A DNA stretch of 64,000 nucleotides, from the IMG/VR virus record IMGVR_UViG_3300045988_062794; one strand, written 5' to 3'. Under the pieces are notes generated by a model that worked only from the letters and a program-made list of their open reading frames with translations, was not told where the DNA came from and did no database searches. A program made the translations under genes and the position numbers. Source of the stretch: a virus. Of this stretch, positions 18,169 through 27,843 are shown piece after piece (within the stretch, counting starts at the first letter, position 1; the number at the start of each line of letters is the position of its first letter).

Positions 18169-21100
18169 TTAAATTGTTCTTGCATAATAAGTATCTGAAG
18201 CTGTAATTAAAAATCTTCTTGCCATAGCTTTATCCAATTTATAACTACTTATGTTTTTACCAGATTCATCAAACAGCGACATACCAGAACTAGGGAAAAT
18301 ATTATATGAAGTACCCCAGTTAGAAGCATATAATAACACTTCTATATTAAAATAATCGTTGCTCTTTAAACCTAGATGTTCAGCTAATAATGATCTGGAT
18401 GGTAAATACACCGTACTATAACTAGTACTATAAATTTCAAATCTCCAACCATATCCTCCCCCACCGGAGCTGTTAGCCGGCCAAACTAATTGAATACTAT
18501 TGCTAGAAGCGCTGGGATTTAATTGTGCTTTACATGTATCATATACGCCATGTCTACTCCAAATAAAACCACTTGTGACAGCTAAACCGACAGCCCAACC
18601 TTGTGAGTTATTAGCACTGATAGTAGATCCTAAAATATAATCACCATAAATGTTATTAGTATAACTTATAGACATTGGAAGATTTTTACCATACGTTGCT
18701 GGAGCAGAATTAATACCAAAACCGGCGTTAACTCCATCCCCACTACAATAATATCCGGAGTTACTTAATGACCATCCATCTCCTCTTAAACCATTACTAA
18801 TTTGAACTCCACCAATATCACCACTACTCGCTGATATTGTACCAGTAATATTAGCTTTAGTAGAAACCATACTTCCATCTTTTTTTATCCTAAAAGGTGC
18901 ACTACCAGGACTAGATGCTGCATTACTACCAGCTGCTAAATGCACATCGCTTAATGGTGAAGTTCTACCATCTAAACGCATAGTATTAGATTGAGCATAA
19001 ATATACTCATCTGCAAATTCCCAACCTGCAATAGTTGCGGTTTCTGCTAATAATAACCCTGTAGCTATTGATTCAAAAGATGCTCCAAATCTTGTCCAAT
19101 ACCTACCAGAAGTACCATCCACTGTAGTGTAACTATTTGATGGCTTATTACTGTTAGTAGCTACTGGTGCACTACCTCTATAATACTTATTCCACATGTA
19201 GTAATAGCTACCATCTTTAACAACATCTCTAACATTACCTGCATTGCCATCAGTCCATCCATAGGTTTTTCCAGATGCCCATTCACCTCTGTAATTTAAT
19301 CCTGGTCCATCCAAACCATCAGAACCCGGAGATCCAGGAGATCCTGGAGAACCAGCAGGGCCTCTATCTCCTTGTTCACCATCTTTTCCACTTATCTTTA
19401 CTGGAGTTGTCCATCTATAACCTGTAGTTTCATCTACTACTACAACTCCACCATTATTTGGATCTATGTTACCATGACTTTCCCATGTAGCGTAACTAGT
19501 AGAATATGTAGGATCAGGATACCAAGTATACCCGTTACTGGAAGTACCTGAAGAAGATGGTCTAGTAGATAATAACGGTCTGTTTGGGGTACTATTAGTC
19601 ATACAATATATAGATATTGGTTGATAACCTGCTGCACCACCTTTAGCTTTAGTAACAGTAAAATCACAAACATCTACTTCCTTAGCATCAACTAAGAAAT
19701 GAATTCTCCACACAGCAGTATCCGAAGTAAGAGATGTTACTGTTACTTTCTTATTGGTATTATCTACATTTACTGAACCATTACCACTCATTAATGTACC
19801 AGTAATAGAATAGTTATTATTCTCAATTTGTTCTATACCAAACCACAATCTAGCTTCAGTTACCGCTCTAGATAGTTCCGTAGGATCTACTTCCCCATTA
19901 AAGTTAGCTGCAACTGTATGAGCTTCATTGGTTAAAGCACCTCTATAACCGCCTTCACCATCTTTACCGTCATACAGTTTATTGATGGTCATCATATCCA
20001 TATATGTAGCACCTCCATTAGTAGATGTAACTTCACACTTAAATGTTACTTCATTGTTGCCTGAGAAATAATTACCCGTAGGACTTACTAATAGGTTATT
20101 ACCCGTTTCATTTACTAGTTCTTGCCAATCATTTGTACCGGGTAGAGCCCAGTACCAGTAAAACATGGGTGATTCTACATTAAACGCAGTAGCTAATAAA
20201 TTAATTGTAGCTGGAACTGGAGTAGTAGCACCAGAAGCATATTTAAATACCTGTTCTCCTGTAACCATCACATACGCTGCATCTATACCATCGAATCCAG
20301 ATTCTCCGTCATGAGTTTTATTTATATACCAATCCTTAGTAAGGATAGTAGCGTCTGTAACTTTGATAGTCAATCTTATAGTAGCACTTACTGTAGTAAT
20401 TGTGCTTAACGTAATACGGTTATTTTGTATTTCAACTGTAGCATTTCCATTAATCGTAGAAGCTTCTATAGATACAATTTCTATAGGGTCTATACCATGA
20501 TATGCATACACTTCTGTATAAATAGTATTTAAATTTACTAATGGAGTATTGCCAGATGAATCATAAGGTATATTTACAGTACTATTTGTTAAATCTACAT
20601 AATATGCATCTAATCCTTCAGCACCATTTGCTAATTTAGCAATTTGTATGTCATCATAATATTGACTGCCATCTGAATCAGTAACTACACAACGTACATT
20701 AGCTGTCCTTGTAGTAAATATTGTATGTGGTATTTCAGTACTTACATTATTGCCAATTATTTCTATCGGCTCGGTTAACAATCTCCATTCATATGTAGGA
20801 TTAGTCATACCATAAGTATTACAATACAATACTACAGATGATGGAGTTGGTGTACCAGAGTAATCAGGAGTATCGTATAAGAACAGTCTTGTACCAGTGA
20901 TTTCAACCCATTTAGCTACATCATCACCAGGTTTACCTGAATCACCTTTTGATACTTGTAATTGCCACTCATCATTATCAGGACCTGGTACACTAGTAAC
21001 TCCATCTTTCATGGCAATCCACAAACTACCTTGATATGTAACTTGATCGTAATAATTATAAGTAGTATCTGGATTCCATTCTCCACGATAAATAGGAACT

Positions 21101-22533
21101 CTAACTACATCACCTGTCTCTGTGGTTTGCATTAAAGTACCAACAAATTTACTTTCCTTTCCGATCACAGTACGATCTTTACCAGCTAGAGTAAAATCAT
21201 CAATGTTATCATAGAAAGTAATTCTAGGAGCTCCTTCTCCTTTAGCAGAAATGAATATAGCATTACGTCTATCATTCATAGATGAATTCAATTCAGGATC
21301 TGCTTCTACCCTATGACCTAACAATAAGACCTTGTCTCCTACTTCAGGATTAGCGCTACCAGGTTCACATACGCTTTTAGAAAGAACAATATAGTTATTA
21401 CCTACTTCAGATACCATTCTCCAGTATCTCTTTACATTCTTTCCATCAAATTTCTGACAGATAGCCTGGTCTCTTACTCTAAATTGATTGTATTTAGTAC
21501 CGTCTTCATCATCAAAATAGCAAGTCCATCCATCACTACCATCTACTACTTCAACGATTTCCATATCAGCCATTGTAACTAATATATCTCCGCCAACAGC
21601 TTTTATTTCATTTACAATTAACTCATTTACTGTAAGATTGCCACGAACAAATAAATCATCTACTTCTAAATGCCATTTGGTATTTACGGGCCACAAACTA
21701 GCTCCTTCACCATCCCAACCAGATCTAAAGGTTTTGCCACCTTGTATACCTGCCAAAAATGTAGTATAACCTGTTGCCGTATCACCGTCTTTGCGTAGAT
21801 AATCTTCTTTTACTTTACCTGAAGTATATATTGTGCCATCGCTAGGTGCAGTAGTTTGTCCAGTCTTAATTAAAGGAAGAGACCCGGAACTGCTTGAAGT
21901 AATATTATCTATCTGACATTCCAATTTACCTAAGGCTTGATTTAAAGTATCAGTAGTAGTTAAAGGATCAGCATTTTCTCCTTTGTAATACCCGGATAAT
22001 GGAAATATAGTACTAGTAGGTTGTGTATGAAAACCAGGCGCTTCACCACTACCACCACCATTTGCAATTAAATCTGCTAATGCTGTAATGATGTTTTCAT
22101 CTTCAATCAACCTATTTAATAGGTTTTGTAATTGTTCTTTAGTAGACTTATCATCAATAGTATCTATCCAACCCTGTACTGTATCATTAACTTCAGTTAA
22201 ATCTTTATCGTGTTTATCTTCAAGAGTAATGATCTTATTGTTTAGTACATCATAGTAACTATTAATATTACTACTTAGATTATTAGTAACATTAGTATCT
22301 CCTTCCACTATCTTGTTGGATAGATCTACATAATTATTATCTACTTTGGTATTAAGATTAGCTACATCTTCTTCAATTCCATCTACTCTCTCATTAGTAG
22401 CAAATGTACCAGATAAACTAGTTTCAAAATCATCTTTATGAATTATCTTATTAGTTTTATCTTGTACAAGAGTTAGAATATCATTATCTTCAAAAGATGT
22501 AGTAACCTCAAATTGTGATATCTTTTTATTCAT
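18169..22533 (-). CDS. giant tail fibre / tail-spike-like structural protein
   Basis: 1454 aa. The N-terminal KISQFEVTTSFEDNDILTLVQDKTNK is typical of fibre N-termini. There is a short collagen-like tract GKDGEQGDRGPAGSPGSPGSPGSDGLDGPG (~19305-19392). Confidence 0.7.
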   Translation of the reverse strand: MNKKISQFEVTTSFEDNDILTLVQDKTNKIIHKDDFETSLSGTFATNERVDGIEEDVANLNTKVDNNYVDLSNKIVEGDTNVTNNLSSNINSYYDVLNNKIITLEDKHDKDLTEVNDTVQGWIDTIDDKSTKEQLQNLLNRLIEDENIITALADLIANGGGSGEAPGFHTQPTSTIFPLSGYYKGENADPLTTTDTLNQALGKLECQIDNITSSSSGSLPLIKTGQTTAPSDGTIYTSGKVKEDYLRKDGDTATGYTTFLAGIQGGKTFRSGWDGEGASLWPVNTKWHLEVDDLFVRGNLTVNELIVNEIKAVGGDILVTMADMEIVEVVDGSDGWTCYFDDEDGTKYNQFRVRDQAICQKFDGKNVKRYWRMVSEVGNNYIVLSKSVCEPGSANPEVGDKVLLLGHRVEADPELNSSMNDRRNAIFISAKGEGAPRITFYDNIDDFTLAGKDRTVIGKESKFVGTLMQTTETGDVVRVPIYRGEWNPDTTYNYYDQVTYQGSLWIAMKDGVTSVPGPDNDEWQLQVSKGDSGKPGDDVAKWVEITGTRLFLYDTPDYSGTPTPSSVVLYCNTYGMTNPTYEWRLLTEPIEIIGNNVSTEIPHTIFTTRTANVRCVVTDSDGSQYYDDIQIAKLANGAEGLDAYYVDLTNSTVNIPYDSSGNTPLVNLNTIYTEVYAYHGIDPIEIVSIEASTINGNATVEIQNNRITLSTITTVSATIRLTIKVTDATILTKDWYINKTHDGESGFDGIDAAYVMVTGEQVFKYASGATTPVPATINLLATAFNVESPMFYWYWALPGTNDWQELVNETGNNLLVSPTGNYFSGNNEVTFKCEVTSTNGGATYMDMMTINKLYDGKDGEGGYRGALTNEAHTVAANFNGEVDPTELSRAVTEARLWFGIEQIENNNYSITGTLMSGNGSVNVDNTNKKVTVTSLTSDTAVWRIHFLVDAKEVDVCDFTVTKAKGGAAGYQPISIYCMTNSTPNRPLLSTRPSSSGTSSNGYTWYPDPTYSTSYATWESHGNIDPNNGGVVVVDETTGYRWTTPVKISGKDGEQGDRGPAGSPGSPGSPGSDGLDGPGLNYRGEWASGKTYGWTDGNAGNVRDVVKDGSYYYMWNKYYRGSAPVATNSNKPSNSYTTVDGTSGRYWTRFGASFESIATGLLLAETATIAGWEFADEYIYAQSNTMRLDGRTSPLSDVHLAAGSNAASSPGSAPFRIKKDGSMVSTKANITGTISASSGDIGGVQISNGLRGDGWSLSNSGYYCSGDGVNAGFGINSAPATYGKNLPMSISYTNNIYGDYILGSTISANNSQGWAVGLAVTSGFIWSRHGVYDTCKAQLNPSASSNSIQLVWPANSSGGGGYGWRFEIYSTSYSTVYLPSRSLLAEHLGLKSNDYFNIEVLLYASNWGTSYNIFPSSGMSLFDESGKNISSYKLDKAMARRFLITASDTYYARTI

Positions 22534-22534
22534 A

Positions 22535-22840
22535 TTACTCTTGAATTATATGTTCTTCTACTTCTGTTAATATACAATCATCATCGATATCTTTTTCTGG
22601 ATAGAAATTAATTTGTTTTTTTAAACAACACATACATTCTATAATTTTATCTACATCTTCCTGAGTAATGGGAAAATCTTCATCATCTACTTTAGTACTA
22701 GCCCAACTAGATAATTTGCCTAAATGCAACAATAATACTAAATTGGTAATAGAAACTTTATCTAATTCTACATTGCACTTAGTAGACTGATTAACTAATT
22801 CCCCAACTTTATTTACATATTGTGCAAGTTCCATTACCAC
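22535..22840 (-). CDS. hypothetical protein
   Basis: 101-aa ORF that is translationally coupled to its neighbours. Confidence 0.5.
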   Translation of the reverse strand: MVMELAQYVNKVGELVNQSTKCNVELDKVSITNLVLLLHLGKLSSWASTKVDDEDFPITQEDVDKIIECMCCLKKQINFYPEKDIDDDCILTEVEEHIIQE

Positions 22841-23084
22841 ATTTATTACAACTGTTACACATTATATTACAATCACACTTTCTAAGATTTAACATATTCA
22901 GCATTTCTTTGTAATACAGATCAGCATCTTCTGTTAAACCTAATTCTGTAGCATTATCATAAAGAGTTTTCTTAAATAAGAACATCATAATTAACTCTTT
23001 CATTTTGTTATCCAAACAATTGCTACAGTAATTCTTTAATAATTTAACTTCTGCGTAATACAGAGATTCATTAATTTCATTCAT
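22809..23084 (-). CDS. small protein with Cys-cluster C-terminus
   Basis: 91 aa ending CDCNIMCNSCNKCGNGTCTICK. Confidence 0.5.
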   Translation of the reverse strand: MNEINESLYYAEVKLLKNYCSNCLDNKMKELIMMFLFKKTLYDNATELGLTEDADLYYKEMLNMLNLRKCDCNIMCNSCNKCGNGTCTICK

Positions 23085-23095
23085 ATCAATCGTAT

Positions 23096-23138
23096 AAATA
23101 AAAAAGGGGCTGGGGATAACTTCCCCAATCCCCTTTTA
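23096..23138 (-). terminator. GC-rich intrinsic terminator (bidirectional-looking)
   Basis: aaaaa-ggggctgggga-taac-ttccccaatcccc-tttt lies directly after the stop of 23159..24151. Confidence 0.6.
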
Positions 23139-23158
23139 TGGTTAAATTTATTTGCTAA

Positions 23159-24151
23159 TTAAGCAGTTACATCTGTACCAGCAATGAATGACTTAATCAT
23201 ATTAACAAACAGAGCATTTGTAGAGATCTGTCCTTTGTTAACATAGATTTCAGCAGATAACGGAGTAGTCTTAATGTACTGATTGTCATTAGACAGATAT
23301 TTGTTATCCCATTCAATTGTAATAGTATCATATTCTACATCCAATTCAGATCTGAATTCCGGAGCGATATACGGATAGATAGCATTAGCACGGTACTGAA
23401 TGCCTTCATATCCTAAGTTCCAATTTTCACGATCACGAACAATGTAAGCATTACCACGACCCGGAGTACCCTGAGTCTTAGCAATTGTCAGATTAGAAAT
23501 CGGATACATTACATTGCTCAGCAAACCAGAAGGAATTGTTGTCCACATGAAAGCTTCTACAGATACCTGGCAATAGCCTGCGTCTGTCGTAATACCCTGA
23601 TTGTAAGGAATTTCCTTAGCATTCAAAGTAAGAACAGCAGCGCTAGAAGTAGCTACTACACGAGCACCTTTGTGATTGTTAATCTTCTTTACAAAAGCGT
23701 CAATCAAATCTTTCGGAGCAGTAGTCTTAGCGATTACTTCATAAGTATGAGTAAACTGACCCGGAGCTTCGTGAATGTCATTATAAACAAGACGCAAAAC
23801 ATAACGGTGACCAATTTCCGGAGTAACATTAGTAGCTGTGATAACAATCTTATCTTCAGCTTTAGCTACGAACGGAGTGATAACCATAGAAGGACAAGAA
23901 CCTTTCTGGATAGGCATAGAATACTTAATCACAGCCTTAGTAGTCTTCGTACCTTCTTCGTTATATACGTCTTCTGTACCCTGGCAAACACCAACATAAA
24001 TAGCATTAGCAGCAGCAGCATTAGCAGCTGTTGTCAACAGTTTTTTGTTTTCATCAAACAAAGCAATGGCACCATCAGCTAAAGAATCTACATTAGAGAA
24101 CGAAGCCGGAGCTGTCTTAGCAATGAGTACCGTATTTACGTGTTGTAACAT
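23159..24151 (-). CDS. abundant-looking virion structural protein (possible auxiliary capsid/decoration protein)
   Basis: 330-aa Ala-rich ORF with GC-richer codon use than its neighbours. A long upstream spacer and a strong terminator set it off as its own unit. Confidence 0.45.
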   Translation of the reverse strand: MLQHVNTVLIAKTAPASFSNVDSLADGAIALFDENKKLLTTAANAAAANAIYVGVCQGTEDVYNEEGTKTTKAVIKYSMPIQKGSCPSMVITPFVAKAEDKIVITATNVTPEIGHRYVLRLVYNDIHEAPGQFTHTYEVIAKTTAPKDLIDAFVKKINNHKGARVVATSSAAVLTLNAKEIPYNQGITTDAGYCQVSVEAFMWTTIPSGLLSNVMYPISNLTIAKTQGTPGRGNAYIVRDRENWNLGYEGIQYRANAIYPYIAPEFRSELDVEYDTITIEWDNKYLSNDNQYIKTTPLSAEIYVNKGQISTNALFVNMIKSFIAGTDVTA

Positions 24152-24241
24152 ATTATTTTAATTTTATTAGTTAAACAAAGCGCTTAGTTTAACTGGTTTA
24201 GTCTTCTACTTTCCATGTTTCAGATTTCCGCGTAAACTAAA

Positions 24242-24943
24242 CTATTCCATCGTATTTGTCTCATTAATATACGATTGATATCTTGGATTAGCCTGGTTTT
24301 CCAAGTATAACTCCGCTGCTAGCTTCACAATTTCTGAATGAGTTGATACTGGCATATCTGTATACTCATCAAAAGGAGCATCAGTCAGGCTAATCTTTTT
24401 AGGAGTCCTCAAGTATGTGAGGATATAATTCTTTATATTGTAATTACCATCAGTATATAAATGGATTTCATTACCTTGATATAATCTCAAAGGTCTTGCT
24501 GAAGTACCATGTAATCTATACTCTGATAATGTATTTTGTCTTTGTCTATCAAAATTCTCAATAGTAGCTTCTAACACATCTGTGTGTTTAGTCCTAGGTT
24601 GACCATTTGGCCCCTTAGGCCAACAATTATTATTACTATAGATTACTGCGGTTTCACCTAAAGTAAACATATAATCTGTTGGTAATGTAACTACTTGTTC
24701 TTCTGGGAATGTTGTAAACTGATATGTCTTATTGGTTACAAGTGTACGAAGATCATCAATTCTTTTCTGATCCTGTTCAAATGCTGTACGCTTGTAATTA
24801 ATACCTGAGTATCTAGTTTTAATAAACTTATCTAAACCAGCCATTAACCAATATTCAATATCTGCTGTAACTGGTTTCTCAATATTATTATCAAGCAAAC
24901 CTATTTCGGTTTCAAATGCAGTTTGTAATTCAATGAACTTCAT
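24242..24943 (-). CDS. structural-module protein, member 3 of a tandem paralogue triplet
   Basis: 233 aa. It shares the ...DIEYWL...RIDDLRTLV... and EIVKLAAELYLENQANPRYQ blocks with the two upstream genes. Confidence 0.55.
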   Translation of the reverse strand: MKFIELQTAFETEIGLLDNNIEKPVTADIEYWLMAGLDKFIKTRYSGINYKRTAFEQDQKRIDDLRTLVTNKTYQFTTFPEEQVVTLPTDYMFTLGETAVIYSNNNCWPKGPNGQPRTKHTDVLEATIENFDRQRQNTLSEYRLHGTSARPLRLYQGNEIHLYTDGNYNIKNYILTYLRTPKKISLTDAPFDEYTDMPVSTHSEIVKLAAELYLENQANPRYQSYINETNTME

Positions 24944-24945
24944 AA

Positions 24946-25650
24946 TTATTCTCTATTACTTTGGTTAGATGGTTTAGTTTGTAATCTGTATTTACCTTCT
25001 GTGATAAACATATTAACAGCAAGGTCAACTATTTCACTATGAACAGATTCAGGTAATTCACATTTTGAAGCACCAGTTGTAGTATTAAATCTTAATGGTT
25101 TTCTATAGTAAGTAAGAATAACACCACTTAGAGTAGTGTAAGCATCTACTACTACTTCCATATACATATACTTAGTAGTTGGATCAGATATTAAAGCTAC
25201 TGCTGGTTGTCTTACAATTGGAGTATTATAAGCAGTCTTCATAAACTTTGGTAGATCTCTATATTTTACTAATTGATTATCTACTTTAGTTTCAGTAGTG
25301 TATTGCTTATAAGTACCTTTTACTTTACTTACTGAATGCACATATAAGAAATATTCATCAGTAGTAGAATAAGGTAATCTATATCTAGCTATACCATTTG
25401 ATGTAGAACCGCTTTGTGTGAGTTCTCTTTCAACCAATAAACTTTTAATAGAATCTGTATTTCTAGTTTGAGTATTGGTTTCAACTTCCATTTGATCATC
25501 ACCTACATAGTTCATCATTACATAGCGATCCTGTGCTTCATTAAGTATAGAAAAAATCAAATCTGAATTCGGTTTATTTTCTATAGTGAGATCTGGACTA
25601 ATAAGTTGGAGTCTACGCTCAAACTCCATTTGCATTTCTTTGCTACTCAT
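24946..25650 (-). CDS. structural-module protein, member 2 of a tandem paralogue triplet
   Basis: 234 aa with the same length and block order as its neighbours (…SIKSLLV…, EIVDLAVNMFITEG). Confidence 0.5.
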   Translation of the reverse strand: MSSKEMQMEFERRLQLISPDLTIENKPNSDLIFSILNEAQDRYVMMNYVGDDQMEVETNTQTRNTDSIKSLLVERELTQSGSTSNGIARYRLPYSTTDEYFLYVHSVSKVKGTYKQYTTETKVDNQLVKYRDLPKFMKTAYNTPIVRQPAVALISDPTTKYMYMEVVVDAYTTLSGVILTYYRKPLRFNTTTGASKCELPESVHSEIVDLAVNMFITEGKYRLQTKPSNQSNRE

Positions 25651-25651
25651 A

Positions 25652-26359
25652 TTATTCTGCTAATTGTGCCACATACTGTGGATGTGATTGAACTCTTGGT
25701 GATTCAACATTTTCTAATGCCATATCAGCAGCTAACTTAACTACTTCATATTGCATATACTCTGGTATTTCATCTAATGTAGATGTAATATCCTGATTAT
25801 TAATCTTACGAGGATATGCTAAGTAAGTTAAGTCGATAGTATAGGGACCTGTCATAAGATCCCTATCCACGAACACTATCAACTTGTTATCTTCTAATAT
25901 AGCAACAGGCTCTTCTATCCAAGGTTTATTATTATAAGTTTCTAAGAACCTTAAAGCATTCTCATGACTTATCAATTTAACATTGGCTAGTTTACTACCA
26001 AAATGTAAAGTGCCTTGTATGAAGTACATACGCTTATCTTGTGTATCACTACCGTACTTAATGCTTGATTTAAAATCATTAAGCGTTAATCTGTTATTAG
26101 TAGTTTCACTAAGCAAAGTTAACCCTTTGTCTGTTCTTACTAGACCTTCTAAATCTGCTACACGTTTAGTATTACCTTCAAAAGAAGTTTGTATAGTATT
26201 ATTACCAGTAAACTTAGTAGCTATTTTACTTAGATAAGCAGTATATAACCAATAATCTATTTCTTCTGGTAAGAAAGAAGGACATCCAGACATGCCTATA
26301 TTAACAGCATTCTTGTCAGCTTCTACTTTAAATGCAATATGTGCTTCTGCTATTGTCAT
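25652..26359 (-). CDS. structural-module protein, member 1 of a tandem paralogue triplet
   Basis: 235 aa. It carries …EIDYWLYTAY…RVADLEGLV… and EVVKLAADMALENVESPRVQ. Confidence 0.55.
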   Translation of the reverse strand: MTIAEAHIAFKVEADKNAVNIGMSGCPSFLPEEIDYWLYTAYLSKIATKFTGNNTIQTSFEGNTKRVADLEGLVRTDKGLTLLSETTNNRLTLNDFKSSIKYGSDTQDKRMYFIQGTLHFGSKLANVKLISHENALRFLETYNNKPWIEEPVAILEDNKLIVFVDRDLMTGPYTIDLTYLAYPRKINNQDITSTLDEIPEYMQYEVVKLAADMALENVESPRVQSHPQYVAQLAE

Positions 26360-26361
26360 AT

Positions 26362-27114
26362 TTACTTGGATTCTATTTCTTGCATGATAGCCAATCTAAT
26401 ATCCTGATTTTTCTTATCATCAAGCATTAGTACAGCTTCATCCATACTACGTCCAATTACATCAGTGCCATAGTAATACAAGTTCTTATTCTTACGAATA
26501 ATATTCTTGCTAATAGCTGCTTCAATCAAGTATTGAGTTTCTTTATTCTGGTTGTTGACCCAAAGTAAGAGATACTTCTGAGGATCTGCTTCAATTAACT
26601 CATTAAGCTTACTTTCTACTAATTCACTAGAAATAGAATCAGATTTGATACCATAAAGTCTAAGACATTTACGCATTTCTTCAAGTGACATCTTAGTAAA
26701 GTTAGCGTAAGCTTCACGTTTAACTTTAAATTTCTTATTATTTTCTTCAGCTTCTGCTTCAGAATTAATCAATACGAAATCATTACTTGGTTTGATGTTA
26801 GCTGTTCCGCAGGCTACTCTTTTATGATTTTTAAGAAACAAATATGCAAGTTCATCTTCAGGTCTTTCTGTGTGTAAGTAATAATCTTTATTACCAACTT
26901 TAATAGCATAAGTAGTCCAGAAAGAACTATAAGGAGCTAAATGACCTTCAGGATAACCGATAGCTTTCTCTAATCTACGAGCATCTTCCTCTGTTAAACC
27001 TGTATACTTGTTACCTGATCTTGTCCAATATGACGCGATGTATTCAGAACAATTTTTAAACTTTGCAATCCCAGACCAGGGATTAATTCTAATAAATCTT
27101 AACGTTGCTTCCAT
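26362..27114 (-). CDS. hypothetical head-module protein
   Basis: 250-aa ORF that is the first gene after the MCP/homing-endonuclease terminator. Confidence 0.55.
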   Translation of the reverse strand: MEATLRFIRINPWSGIAKFKNCSEYIASYWTRSGNKYTGLTEEDARRLEKAIGYPEGHLAPYSSFWTTYAIKVGNKDYYLHTERPEDELAYLFLKNHKRVACGTANIKPSNDFVLINSEAEAEENNKKFKVKREAYANFTKMSLEEMRKCLRLYGIKSDSISSELVESKLNELIEADPQKYLLLWVNNQNKETQYLIEAAISKNIIRKNKNLYYYGTDVIGRSMDEAVLMLDDKKNQDIRLAIMQEIESK

Positions 27115-27146
27115 ATATTTATATAAATATAGATTTTAAACCTGTT

Positions 27147-27180
27147 AATAAAAATAAAAGGTCTGTAGGATTCACAGACC
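27147..27180 (-). terminator. intrinsic terminator
   Basis: 7-bp stem ggtctgt/acagacc (27160-27180), with the plus-strand A-run 27147-27159 giving a U-run on the minus transcript. Confidence 0.55.
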
Positions 27181-27187
27181 TAAAAAT

Positions 27188-27781
27188 TTATTCTTCTTTA
27201 TATCTCCAGATATATTTTAAATTACTAAAAGATCTAGCTGTTCCTAAATTTGATTCTCCTTTTAATTGTCTTTGGATAGCTCTACGGTCACACTTAGTAG
27301 ATCTACTGGCTTCAATTATAGAAGGAAAAACATTTAATAAAATACCATCTTTAGAGTATTGACAAACTGGTTTAGCTTGTTTTATTCCTCTTTCTCTATT
27401 TAGTTTAGCTACTCTTTCTGAAACTGGTTTTCCAATTTGTAATGCAATTTTAGCTTTTCTACAAGCTTCTGATATAACGTGACCACCAGCGTCTATATTA
27501 TATCCTTTATCTGGACTAGTAGAGTCATAAAAAGATATCCAATACTTTTCTTTAGCATCACCTAATTTTATATCATCTTCTAGTTCCTCTATTAATTCTA
27601 TATAGAAATTTTCTCTACCGTGATTATTCATCGCAATGTATAAAGAACACCTTCTATCATTAATCTTAGAACTATTTACTCTGGATAAGTGATCACCAAA
27701 TCTTTTATAAATATCTCTTTTTGTTTGACCTATATAAATTTTATTATTGGTTCTGTCTGTTATTTTATATATTCTAATCAT
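27188..27781 (-). CDS. GIY-YIG homing endonuclease (free-standing, directly after the capsid gene)
   Basis: IYKITDRTNNKIYIGQTKRDIYKRFGDH is a GIY-YIG core. The C-terminal VCQYSKDGILLNVFPSIIEASRST…KYIWRY is an IENR1-like DNA-binding tail. Confidence 0.8.
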   Translation of the reverse strand: MIRIYKITDRTNNKIYIGQTKRDIYKRFGDHLSRVNSSKINDRRCSLYIAMNNHGRENFYIELIEELEDDIKLGDAKEKYWISFYDSTSPDKGYNIDAGGHVISEACRKAKIALQIGKPVSERVAKLNRERGIKQAKPVCQYSKDGILLNVFPSIIEASRSTKCDRRAIQRQLKGESNLGTARSFSNLKYIWRYKEE

Positions 27782-27843
27782 AGTGGTATAAATTTTTATA
27801 CCACTATAACGAGAATATTATTTTATGTTCCACATGCTTTCAG

